In this document: one piece after another, positions 1 to 8,098 of the stretch
Layout of the letters: every line of letters begins with the position of its first letter
Position numbering within the stretch: the first letter of the stretch is position 1
Origin: an uncultured virus (IMG/VR IMGVR_UViG_2799112289_000001)
Taxonomy: Duplodnaviria > Heunggongvirae > Uroviricota > Caudoviricetes
DNA length: 31,126 nucleotides
Virus record (IMG/VR): IMGVR_UViG_2799112289_000001
Direction: 5' to 3' (one strand)
The notes under the pieces: model-generated
Told to the model about the DNA's origin: nothing
Databases searched by the model: none
What the model saw: the letters and a program-made list of their open reading frames with translations, nothing else
Program-made: the position numbers and the translations under genes

Positions 1-64
1 AAAAGGAAAATCACAGCGCACCATCGCCGCGAACGGTCACCCCGTAGGCGATCGGATCGCTCCT

Positions 65-385
65 ATGATCGCGTCCCAAAGCAAATATATCGCATTCGGT
101 ATCTTTCTCATCGCCGTCGGTGCCAGCACGCCCGCCAGCGCGATATCTCGGGTGAGCTCAATGAGCCACTCCTGCTCCCAGCTGCGTCAGATAATTAATA
201 CTCAAGGGGCCGTCATCGTCACCCATCCCGGTTCGCGCGCTTCGGGGACTTTATACGACCGATACGTCAGCGACAGCCGATATTGTGCTTCCGGAGACGT
301 TGCGACCGACGACTGGGTTCCCGCGCAAGATGGCAGCTGCCGTCTTTCTAACTGTCAGACCTACGAGCCGCCATTTGACAATTGA
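65..385 (+). CDS. Small exported Cys-containing hypothetical protein (host flank)
   Basis: 106 aa ORF with a hydrophobic N-terminus ending in ASA (signal-peptide-like), four Cys and a YDRYV motif. Confidence 0.7.
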   Translation: MIASQSKYIAFGIFLIAVGASTPASAISRVSSMSHSCSQLRQIINTQGAVIVTHPGSRASGTLYDRYVSDSRYCASGDVATDDWVPAQDGSCRLSNCQTYEPPFDN

Positions 386-619
386 AGGCGACCGTTCGTC
401 GTCGCCTGTGCGAAATCATGCAGCGGTGTTCGTTGTGCTGGTTCTATTGGCGCCGGCTCACGAACGTCGCCACGGCGATGCAACTCGTTCTGGGCGCGGC
501 CCACCATTTCCGAATTCATGCGACTAGACCAATAACAAGCTATAGCAAGATTTCCTGTTTGGTTTCCGGCACATCTGACTTAGAGAAAAGCCAGATGTGT
601 TCGATAGGAAAGATACTCC

Positions 620-1090
620 ATGATCATTAATCCCGAACGCGACGCCTCAGATTTGTCGGTTGATCGCGAGTTTTTCGATCTGCTCACCGGAAGTTATGCC
701 CATATCGTCGGGAGGCCTCTTGTCGGCGAGGGGCAGGGGCCGGGTTGGCTTTATTACGATGCCCCCTTTGTGGTCGTGGCGCACAATACCGACGCTGATC
801 CGCGTTTCATCTATGCCAATAAAGCCGGCCAGGCTTGTTTCGAATATCCTTGGGACGAATTTACCACTTTGCCGTCGCGTCTTTCGGCTGAGCTTCCCAA
901 TCGGGCCGAACGTCAGCAATTGTTGGATGCGGTTACACGCGACGGTTTTATCTCGGGTTACCGCGGGTTGCGAATTGCAAAATCGGGACGGCGTTTCTGG
1001 ATGGAAGACGGCATCGTCTGGCAGCTCATCGATCGCGACGGAAATCGGCGCGGGCAGGCGGCGACGTTTTCGAAATGGAAAGACGTGTAG
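620..1090 (+). CDS. MEKHLA (PAS-like) domain protein (host flank)
   Basis: Motifs APFVVVAH..DPRFIYAN, LPSRLSAE, GYRGLRIAKSGRRF, GQAATF match stand-alone bacterial MEKHLA proteins; AGGA upstream. Confidence 0.85.
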   Translation: MIINPERDASDLSVDREFFDLLTGSYAHIVGRPLVGEGQGPGWLYYDAPFVVVAHNTDADPRFIYANKAGQACFEYPWDEFTTLPSRLSAELPNRAERQQLLDAVTRDGFISGYRGLRIAKSGRRFWMEDGIVWQLIDRDGNRRGQAATFSKWKDV

Positions 1091-1219
1091 ACCGGGTCGG
1101 CGGGAGCCCCGCTATCGCAGGAGCAATCTGATGCCGGGTTAGAGCCGTGACAACGCGATAGATGGCGACGATGACAGCTTCTACGTCGCGAATCGGCGGA
1201 AGTTCACGCCGTTGATCCG

Positions 1220-1241
1220 CCCCTTGCTTTGGTGGCAGGGG
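1220..1241. terminator. Possible hairpin between the convergent host gene and leftward phage operon
   Basis: CCCCTTGC-TTTGGTG-GCAGGGG imperfect inverted repeat; no clear U-tract. Confidence 0.3.
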
Positions 1242-1256
1242 AAATCTGCAGGGATA

Positions 1257-1640
1257 TCAAGCCACCGGTTCCAATGCCTTTTCCTGTTCGATTTCGCGAG
1301 TTGTATCGTAATCGGTCTCACTAGACTGTTCATATTCGGCGGAGAAGAACTCGGCGGCGTGACGGCCGGCAGATGTCCTGTCGTTTTCGATCACGGCGGC
1401 GATGCGCCGGAACAGTTCGGCCTCAAAGCCGCCTGCGTTATTGACGTGGTTCGGCCGTGCCAACCGCGCGCCTCCGTCCAATCGGATCGCGGAGACATAA
1501 AACTCGCCATCGTAACCGTCTCCTGCCGATGTCAATTCGGCGCTGCCGTAGAGGAGCAGGCCCGTTTCCCAGCGGTCGCAGAGGTTGATAGTGAGTTCGT
1601 CGAATGAGTATTCACAAGAAAAAACGGCGGCAGACATCAT
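1257..1640 (-). CDS. Acidic hypothetical protein, leftward early operon
   Basis: ATG at 1640 overlaps the upstream TGA (TGATG coupling); 127 aa MMSAAVFSCEYSFDEL... Confidence 0.7.
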   Translation of the reverse strand: MMSAAVFSCEYSFDELTINLCDRWETGLLLYGSAELTSAGDGYDGEFYVSAIRLDGGARLARPNHVNNAGGFEAELFRRIAAVIENDRTSAGRHAAEFFSAEYEQSSETDYDTTREIEQEKALEPVA

Positions 1641-1972
1641 CACGCGGCCATTTGTGCAACTGATACGAGCGATTTGGCTGACAGGTGATGGATCTCCTCC
1701 ATCATCGTTGCCCGATCCCTGGCAATTGACATCCCAAAGGGTCTGGCGTCGATGCGCAGCAATTCCAGCCATAAGTTTGCAATTCGCTCGGCTCGGCTCT
1801 GGTCTTCAGTTTTGGTCGCCTCGGTTGCTTGTTGGCGTGCCCATCTCCAAGCCCTCGAGAGTGCACGGGCGAACCATTTACGCCGGGCGGCCGCGGTCGA
1901 AGGCCGGCATAATCGCGTGTCTTGGTGGTAGAGCGTCCAGGCGGTAGTCATGACATCGGGTATCGCAGGCAT
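1640..1972 (-). CDS. Hypothetical phage protein, first gene of leftward early operon
   Basis: AAGGGAAG RBS before ATG 1972; helical protein with VMTTAW...FARALSRAW motif of a kind seen in small phage early proteins. Confidence 0.7.
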   Translation of the reverse strand: MPAIPDVMTTAWTLYHQDTRLCRPSTAAARRKWFARALSRAWRWARQQATEATKTEDQSRAERIANLWLELLRIDARPFGMSIARDRATMMEEIHHLSAKSLVSVAQMAA

Positions 1973-2113
1973 GAATGACGTCTTCCCTTTCTGCACCCGT
2001 TGGGTTGCAACATCGATATTCATCCGACCTCCGATCCGGTTTCGCTGACTTCACGCAAGATCCCCAGACTTGCGCGGGCTCATTCCGTTTCGGGCCGCCG
2101 GCTCGTGAAAGGC

Positions 2114-2185
2114 AAACTGTCATATGGCACGATATGTGTCAACATATTTTGTGTCTTTTGATTGAAGAAAAACACAATAGATGTT
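2114..2185 (-). promoter_or_regulatory. Leftward promoter with three operator-like boxes (OL-like)
   Basis: TTGACA on minus strand (2142-2137), 17 bp spacer, weak TGn-CAGTTT -10; boxes GGCACGATATGTGTC 2126-2140, AACATATTTTGTGTC 2141-2155, AACACAATAGATGTT 2171-2185. Confidence 0.7.
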
Positions 2186-2274
2186 CTTTTGTTTCCGCTA
2201 AGTGCACCCTGTCGATTCGCTTCGCGTAAGCTGGAAGCGGATGGCTGACGGGGCAGGGGAAGAGCTGTGCCGCT

Positions 2275-3066
2275 CTATTTCCTGGCAATATGCCCGCAGA
2301 TGCGCCCGATGATCGTCAGCCGCGCCAATTCCACCGTAAAGGTTTCCAATGCCGGGTTGTCGGAGATGATCTTGACCTGGCTCGGCTGGGTGAAGGGAAC
2401 GCGCTGGAGGCGTTTGATCTGTGGTTCTGAATAGCCGTCGCTGATGGCATAGACCGTGTCGGTCGCCATCTGGTTCTGCGAGAGATCGACGATCACGCGG
2501 TCGCCGGGCATATAGGTGGGCTGCATGGAATCGCCGATCACTTCCATGATGATGGTATGGTTCGGCGATGCCTTTGCCTCGTTGCGCAAATAGCCCGAAG
2601 GAATGAGCCATTCCGCAACGATCTTGTGGCCAGCGACATTGCCCGCGCCGACTGGCAGATTGATGACTTCGCCGACAATGCCGCTGCCGGCGCCGAGTTT
2701 GACGTCCACCTCCGGCGTCGCGCCTTCGATCTTCGGCTGCCAATGCTCCCGGCTGTAGCTGAGCTCTTCGCCGCCCTCGGCAAATCCCTCATTGTATTGT
2801 TCATCGGGATCGAAGGAGGTGACCACCATGCGTGGTCCTGGCCGCTCCACTTTCCTTGAACCTTCGCCGGTCAGAAGATAGCCGGCAGTAGTGCCAAATT
2901 TCTTGGCATAGCGATCGGCGATCTCGGGTCCGAATTCGTTCTGACCGTTTTCGTGAGCCCGATAGGTGGACAGGCCGATACCAAGTGCCTCCGCCGCCTT
3001 CGTCGCCGAGGAATAATTTGCGGCTTCGCGCGCCGCCTTCAGTCGTTCGCCCATGGATTTCTGCAT
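2275..3066 (-). CDS. CI/LexA-like repressor: XRE HTH plus S24 autopeptidase domain
   Basis: N-terminal HTH (ERLKAARE...AAEALGIGLSTYRAHENG), cleavage-site-like LGAG, catalytic Ser motif VIGDSMQP, catalytic Lys motif IKRL, C-terminal IIGRI. Confidence 0.93.
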   Translation of the reverse strand: MQKSMGERLKAAREAANYSSATKAAEALGIGLSTYRAHENGQNEFGPEIADRYAKKFGTTAGYLLTGEGSRKVERPGPRMVVTSFDPDEQYNEGFAEGGEELSYSREHWQPKIEGATPEVDVKLGAGSGIVGEVINLPVGAGNVAGHKIVAEWLIPSGYLRNEAKASPNHTIIMEVIGDSMQPTYMPGDRVIVDLSQNQMATDTVYAISDGYSEPQIKRLQRVPFTQPSQVKIISDNPALETFTVELARLTIIGRICGHIARK

Positions 3067-3089
3067 GATCCAACACTCGCAAAATAATT

Positions 3090-3137
3090 AACATAAATCA
3101 TGTTGACATCGACATTAATAACAACATATTTTGTGTC
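3090..3137 (+). promoter_or_regulatory. Rightward promoter overlapped by two operator-like boxes (OR-like)
   Basis: TTGACA 3103-3108 with CATATT (16 bp spacer) or TATTTT (18 bp spacer); boxes AACATAAATCATGTT 3090-3104 and AACATATTTTGTGTC 3123-3137. Confidence 0.75.
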
Positions 3138-3224
3138 TATCAAGGTGTCGGCGGCGAAATTTGCTGCAGGCTGAAGTGCCGAGGCGGTTTGCGTTCGGCG
3201 AACAAGGGTTTTGGGAGTGATCGT

Positions 3225-3431
3225 ATGATCTCGACTAGGAAGGGCCGAATGTTGGATTTGAGCTCAGGTTATTTCGACTTCTTCTGGGGCTGCCCCGGCT
3301 GTGGCCGGGCATTGTCGATTGCGGAGGTGATCGAGCGGCACTGTGAAAGCTGCGACGAGCACGTGCAGCCAACGGAGATGTTCGATCCCGGTTCGATCGG
3401 GAGCAAGCCCGGTACGGAGAAGGCGATATGA
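3225..3431 (+). CDS. Small zinc-ribbon protein
   Basis: GGGAG RBS; CPGC-x13-CESC; alternative start 3249; stop overlaps next ATG (ATGA). Confidence 0.65.
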   Translation: MISTRKGRMLDLSSGYFDFFWGCPGCGRALSIAEVIERHCESCDEHVQPTEMFDPGSIGSKPGTEKAI

Positions 3432-3661
3432 GCGAGATGATTCAAGGTTTTCTTGCCTGTGTCGGTGCCGCCCTATTCCTGATCTGTGTTCTTGCGGCTC
3501 TGAAGCCGATCATTTCGTCATGGATATCTGACAGCGAAGAGCATGATGCCAGCGGAGCGCTGGAGGGAGATCTGGTCCATTTCCGGATGACCGAAGATGA
3601 GCATCAGCGAGAGGCCAACCAAAGAGGGCGTCGAGCACTTTGGTCATTCGGGCCACGCTAG
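3428..3661 (+). CDS. Small membrane-anchored hypothetical protein
   Basis: GGAGAAGG RBS, ATGA coupling, N-terminal hydrophobic helix followed by acidic tail. Confidence 0.65.
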   Translation: MSEMIQGFLACVGAALFLICVLAALKPIISSWISDSEEHDASGALEGDLVHFRMTEDEHQREANQRGRRALWSFGPR

Positions 3662-3764
3662 AGATTCCATGCGCCGTGAGCGCGGACGGCCTGCTGCTAG
3701 GCGTTTGAACCACTTCTAAAATTTAATTCGAAGAGCTGGCCCGAGGCGGCCAGAGGAGGTTTCC

Positions 3765-4055
3765 GTGAATGAATTTCAAATCGGTACTGAAGCTGTCGCC
3801 GGAGGTCATCTCGGCTGGATACGCAAGGTCCACCGCGCCACGAATGAAGTCCTGAGGGACCATCGCGGCGAACCCATCGTCTTCTCGACCCAGGATGCGG
3901 CCAAGGCGGCGGCCGGTGAGGCGATGGTTGCTTATCTCAACACACCGATGCTGCGCGATGGGGCGAGGGTGGAGGCGATGTCAAAGGCGGACGCCCTATT
4001 CAAGCCTAAGCATCCTTTTGCCGATGCCGGAGCTGCGAACGGGAAGGTGGCATGA
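3765..4055 (+). CDS. Hypothetical phage protein
   Basis: Strong GAGGAGG RBS before GTG; 96 aa. Confidence 0.7.
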   Translation: MNEFQIGTEAVAGGHLGWIRKVHRATNEVLRDHRGEPIVFSTQDAAKAAAGEAMVAYLNTPMLRDGARVEAMSKADALFKPKHPFADAGAANGKVA

Positions 4056-4111
4056 CCAAAAACTGCCGCTGATCGCGTTCATTTTTCTTCCGGAAGGGAG
4101 GCAATATACCC

Positions 4112-4528
4112 ATGAGCAAAGGCAGGCTCGACACTCTTCTTGACGGCCTCGGCATCAAGTTGGTCCCGGTTCATCGCCGTCGCGCCCCGGCGCAAAGCCA
4201 TGCGCGCGGCACAATGCAGGAGATTAGGGGGCAGCACGGCGACGGACATCTGGTCTTCGTGTTGCGCTGTATTCGCCAGACCGGCAACAATCGTGACGAA
4301 CTATGGTCAGACACGATTGGAGCCGTCTCCGACATCCTCGTTCAGCGTCAGGATTGGGCGCTGCAACGGCCTGGCGATCTGCTGGCCGCCTTCGACGATA
4401 TCGCGCTTGGCGCTTTGCGCGCCGACGCCGTGGCGCGGCGGCCGTGGCCGGTACGCGCGACGCTTCGGATTTTGATCTATCGGGAACTGGAGAAACGAGT
4501 TGATGCACCACAGCGCCTTGCAGTTTGA
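4112..4528 (+). CDS. Hypothetical phage protein
   Basis: AAGGGAGG RBS; 138 aa helical protein overlapping the next gene. Confidence 0.8.
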   Translation: MSKGRLDTLLDGLGIKLVPVHRRRAPAQSHARGTMQEIRGQHGDGHLVFVLRCIRQTGNNRDELWSDTIGAVSDILVQRQDWALQRPGDLLAAFDDIALGALRADAVARRPWPVRATLRILIYRELEKRVDAPQRLAV

Positions 4529-5168
4529 TGACTTGTCGGAACGCGCGGCTGAGATTGCCGATCTAAGCCTGATAGTTCGTGCCCGTTTCATTGAGGCTGC
4601 CGACACGATGATCCATCTTGACGTGCGCGGTGTACGCCCCGATCAGGTGCGCACGCTTTGGCCGGATGTTCTTCCCGAACCAACCGATCATGCCGACATT
4701 CGCATCCGTTATCGCCCGAACGCAGCGGCAATCAGTCGTGCCGAAGAAGTGCTGCAAGGTTGGCTGCTGACACATGTCAGGGATGAGGAGCGCCGTATCC
4801 TGCTTTCCCGATGGTCGGTCTGTCTTGCCGCGCCCCATGTCGCCGGTTCCTTCCGCGATTTTTGTGGCAAGACCGGCCGGGTGAGGCGAACGGCAGAGCG
4901 GCGGATTCAGAGTGAATTTCAAAGCGTCGCCAATGCGCTGCTCGCAATTTCGCCCTCACTGCAGGAACCCGATTGGTCACGCATATCGCCGATGATGCCG
5001 AATTCGGGTGGCAGTCTCGAGCGGGTGAAAACACCGCTCGTGAAGCATGAGACGCATTGGCTGCCGGAAGACGCAAAGCCGGTATTCGATGCGGCCAGCC
5101 CGGAACTGGCGGCATTGGCCAAGCGACTGGAACGAGAGAATCGGCGGCGTGCAAAGATGAGAGCTTAA
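4503..5168 (+). CDS. Putative late transcription regulator (DUF6362-like; Q-like position)
   Basis: RFIEAADT...WP...PNAAAISRAEEVL..W pattern recalls DUF6362; HTH-like segment SFRDFCGKTGRVRRTAERRI; last rightward gene before the packaging operon. Function inferred from position. Confidence 0.6.
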   Translation: MHHSALQFDDLSERAAEIADLSLIVRARFIEAADTMIHLDVRGVRPDQVRTLWPDVLPEPTDHADIRIRYRPNAAAISRAEEVLQGWLLTHVRDEERRILLSRWSVCLAAPHVAGSFRDFCGKTGRVRRTAERRIQSEFQSVANALLAISPSLQEPDWSRISPMMPNSGGSLERVKTPLVKHETHWLPEDAKPVFDAASPELAALAKRLERENRRRAKMRA

Positions 5169-5180
5169 GCTCGCGCGCTC

Positions 5181-5205
5181 AGCCCCGGTCCAACCCCGGG
5201 GCTTT
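5181..5205. terminator. Intrinsic terminator-like hairpin between convergent genes
   Basis: AGCCCCGG-TCCAACC-CCGGGGCT perfect 8-bp stem followed by TT. Confidence 0.6.
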
Positions 5206-5222
5206 CGCCGTTGGGATTGATG

Positions 5223-5969
5223 TTAACCGCCCCGACTTTGCTGCGGCGGGTCCCCCTCAAATGCAAATACTCCGCTTGGCCTCGAGCCACCGGAGGCATC
5301 GCCAAAATCGGGCACGGCATATTCCGCCAGCAATCGCAGGCGCGAACGCGGCAGATGGGCGCGCCATGGATCTCCGATCAGGATTTCGATACCCTGCTGC
5401 AAGCAACGGTAAAGAAATGCGGTAACGTGTTCGGCAAGCGCGGCCTCATAAAAGAGATCGCCGACGCAGACAATGTCCGCGGCGGGAGGCTCGCCTTTCG
5501 TCAGATCGGCAAGAACCGGTAGAATTGTCACGTCATTGACGGCGGCATTCAACGCCATGGCGGCAACGGCATAGGGATCGACGTCGACCGCGACCACCTC
5601 CGTTGCGCCTGCCTTTGCGGCCGCTATGCCGACAATGCCTGAGCCAGCTCCCAGATCGAGCACGCGGCGGCCAACGACGGCGTCAGGCCGGTCGAGAAGA
5701 TACCGCGCCAGTACCAATCCTCCACCCCAATAATGCGCCCAGTAGGGTGAGCCAAACTCCTGATCCTGCTCGGCAAGCCGCCACAAGCCGCTTTGCGGTC
5801 CGGCCTTATGCAGGCGAATCTCTGGAATTGAAGGGACAGGCAGGACGGGGAGATTGGCGGAGATGAAGTTCCGCGCTGCGTCAATCTTCGAATCCCATTC
5901 GCTCATAGGTATCGTGCGGATCTGTAAGAGATCTTGATCGGGATGATGTCGATCGTGTTTATTGGTCAT
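5223..5969 (-). CDS. Class I SAM-dependent methyltransferase (PrmA/METTL20-like putative protein lysine methyltransferase)
   Basis: PYWAHYWGGG..LARY, motif I VLDLGAGSG, VAVDVDP, GDLFYE, GDPWR; start uncertain (5969 or 5906); the track's 6167 start is probably over-extended. Confidence 0.85.
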   Translation of the reverse strand: MTNKHDRHHPDQDLLQIRTIPMSEWDSKIDAARNFISANLPVLPVPSIPEIRLHKAGPQSGLWRLAEQDQEFGSPYWAHYWGGGLVLARYLLDRPDAVVGRRVLDLGAGSGIVGIAAAKAGATEVVAVDVDPYAVAAMALNAAVNDVTILPVLADLTKGEPPAADIVCVGDLFYEAALAEHVTAFLYRCLQQGIEILIGDPWRAHLPRSRLRLLAEYAVPDFGDASGGSRPSGVFAFEGDPPQQSRGG

Positions 5970-6026
5970 TCGCTCGTCTGATGCTGAAGCCGCTTCGAGG
6001 GAGGAGGAGAGTAATCTTGCTTCGAT

Positions 6027-6153
6027 CGTCGGACGATAGAATGCGATATTTTGATGTGATTTCAAATGATTATCTGTGGCGTCGTCAAAGATTTCCCAAT
6101 CCTTGCAGCCGCCTTGCCGATCAAGGGTGTCGCCAACTGCGCCGAATTGGGGT
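6027..6153 (+). pseudogene. Degenerate copy of part of the late-regulator gene (4884-5009), in the presumed late promoter region
   Basis: RRTIECDILM*FQ...ISQSLQPPCRSRVSPTAPNWG versus RRTAERRIQSEFQ...ISPSLQEPDWSRISPMMPNSG; one stop and one 1-nt indel. Confidence 0.6.
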
Positions 6154-6260
6154 ATTGATTTTGGCATGATGAGAACAGTTGCAGCGACGCACTGTTGACC
6201 GCAAGCGGCTCTTTGTCAGGCGCTTGTTTCCTTTCAACGTTCCATCGGAAATTCCAAAGC

Positions 6261-6608
6261 ATGTCCACTGCCGACAAGCCTGTCGCGCCGCGCAAGCCGC
6301 GTGTCCGCAGGCGCAAGACCGTGTCCGCCGGCGATACGCCGCTCGACTATATGCTGAAAGTCATGCGCGACGACGAGGCGGATCAGAAACGGCGGGATGA
6401 AATGGCGAAGATCGCCGCATCCTACGTTCACCAGAAACCGAGTGAACGCCAAAGTGGCGGGGCCAAGGGCGGCCAGAGTTTCACGATCGACTTAACCAAT
6501 GCCACGGATGAGCAGCTTGCGACACTCGAATCCCTCTTCGGTCCGCTTGCCGGACCCGGCGGCGATGATGGCAGCGATCCGCGAGGAGAAGACGAGACGC
6601 AAGGCTGA
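6261..6608 (+). CDS. terS: Terminase small subunit (putative)
   Basis: TPLDYMLKVMRD...RRDEMAKIAASYVH motif; immediately upstream of and overlapping terL. Confidence 0.7.
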   Translation: MSTADKPVAPRKPRVRRRKTVSAGDTPLDYMLKVMRDDEADQKRRDEMAKIAASYVHQKPSERQSGGAKGGQSFTIDLTNATDEQLATLESLFGPLAGPGGDDGSDPRGEDETQG

Positions 6609-8049
6609 GGCGGAGCAGGCCGAACTCGCCCGGCAGATTGCCGAGGATGCCGAGGGTATTCGGGCGCGGTGTCAGTCGCTTGTCGGTTTCGTCCGCGAGG
6701 CCTGGCACGTGATCGAACCATCCGTCGACTATGTCTATGGTTGGCATATCGACGCCATCTGCCGACATCTCGAGGCGGTGACGTCCGGCGAGATCACACG
6801 GCTGCTGATCAACGTGCCGCCTGGGACGATGAAGTCGCTGCTCTGCGGTGTCTTATGGCCCGCTTGGGAATGGGGACCGAAGAACATGCCGGAGATGCGT
6901 TATCTCGGCTCATCCTATTCGGAACACTATGCCAAACGCGATAACAGGCGCATGCGCGATCTCGTCGCCTCGGAATGGTATCAGACGCTCTGGGGCGACC
7001 GGGTTAAGCTGACGAGGACGGGCGAGACGGCCTTTGCCAATACACGCACCGGCTTTCGCCAGGGCGTGCCGTTTTCACGGCTAACGGGTGGGCGTGGCGA
7101 CCGAGTGATCATCGATGACCCGCATTCCGTCGATGGTGCGGAATCCGAAGCGGAACGGCTGTCGACCATCCGCACCTTCCGTGAATCCGTGCCGACGCGG
7201 CTCAATGATCCGCAGCGTTCGGCAATTGTCGTGATCATGCAGCGACTGCACGAGGCGGATGTTTCCGGCACGATCCTGACGCTTGGGCTCGGCTACGAGC
7301 ATCTGATGTTGCCGATGGAGTTCGAGCCGGAGCGTCGTTGCCGAACATCGATCGGGTTTGCCGATCCGCGCACGGAGGAGGGCGAGTTGCTCTTTCCCGA
7401 GCGGTTTCCGCGCGCCGTCGTGGAGCGGGATAAGGTGCCCCTCGGTTCCTATGCCGTCGCTGGGCAGTTTCAACAGCGGCCATCCCCGCGCTCCGGCGGC
7501 TTGTTCCAGCGTGGCGACTTCGAAATCGTCGATGCCGTGCCGGCGGGCGCGAAGCGCTGTCGCGCCTGGGATTTTGCGGCCTCGAAGGAACGTCCGGGCC
7601 GCCAGCCGGACTGGACGGTGGGGCTGCGCATGGCTGAGGCCAATGGCGTCTTTTATGTCGAAACTATCGCCCGTGGCCGTTGGTCGCCGGCGGAGGTCGA
7701 GCGCAATTTGAAGAACATGGGGACGCAGGACGGACCGACGGTGATGATCCGCATGCCTCAGGATCCCGGTGCCGCCGGCAAGGCCGATGCCGAAACGAAG
7801 ATCAAGCTGCTTGCCGGCTTTCCAATAAAGGTTTTGTCCATCACCGGTGACAAGGCGACGCGCGCCAAGCCGGCTTCCGCGCAGGCGGAGGCTGGAAATG
7901 TCAAATTGTTGCGTGGTGATTGGAATGAGGCGTTCCTCGATGAAGTCTGCGCCTTTCCAAATGCGCAGTTCGACGATCAGGTGGATGCTTTCGCCGACGC
8001 GCTGAACGAGTTGGCGCTGGGCTCCTCCTTCAGCTTCAAGAATTTCTAG
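6565..8049 (+). CDS. terL: Terminase large subunit
   Basis: Walker A LLINVPPGTMKS, Walker B VIIDDP, coupling motif IMQRLH, nuclease AWDFA and DDQVDA; start uncertain (6499-6568). Confidence 0.95.
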   Translation: MMAAIREEKTRRKAEAEQAELARQIAEDAEGIRARCQSLVGFVREAWHVIEPSVDYVYGWHIDAICRHLEAVTSGEITRLLINVPPGTMKSLLCGVLWPAWEWGPKNMPEMRYLGSSYSEHYAKRDNRRMRDLVASEWYQTLWGDRVKLTRTGETAFANTRTGFRQGVPFSRLTGGRGDRVIIDDPHSVDGAESEAERLSTIRTFRESVPTRLNDPQRSAIVVIMQRLHEADVSGTILTLGLGYEHLMLPMEFEPERRCRTSIGFADPRTEEGELLFPERFPRAVVERDKVPLGSYAVAGQFQQRPSPRSGGLFQRGDFEIVDAVPAGAKRCRAWDFAASKERPGRQPDWTVGLRMAEANGVFYVETIARGRWSPAEVERNLKNMGTQDGPTVMIRMPQDPGAAGKADAETKIKLLAGFPIKVLSITGDKATRAKPASAQAEAGNVKLLRGDWNEAFLDEVCAFPNAQFDDQVDAFADALNELALGSSFSFKNF

Positions 8050-8098
8050 GCCTTCCGGATGAGGGCTAGTCCATCACATAAATGCCAAAGGATAATCC

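Noticed and set aside
1091..1256. attL site or tRNA integration target at the left boundary
   Set aside because: No tRNA-like sequence and no matching direct repeat seen in the window; a partner site beyond 31126 cannot be excluded.
2183..2197. Alphaproteobacterial LexA box (GTTC-N7-GTTC) near GTTCTTTTGTTTCCG
   Set aside because: The second half-site does not match at N7 spacing; the ACA-N7-TGT palindrome explains the region better.
5970..6167. N-terminal extension of the methyltransferase given by the ORF track
   Set aside because: No domain-like content; the region is better explained as the plus-strand decayed duplicate and promoter region.
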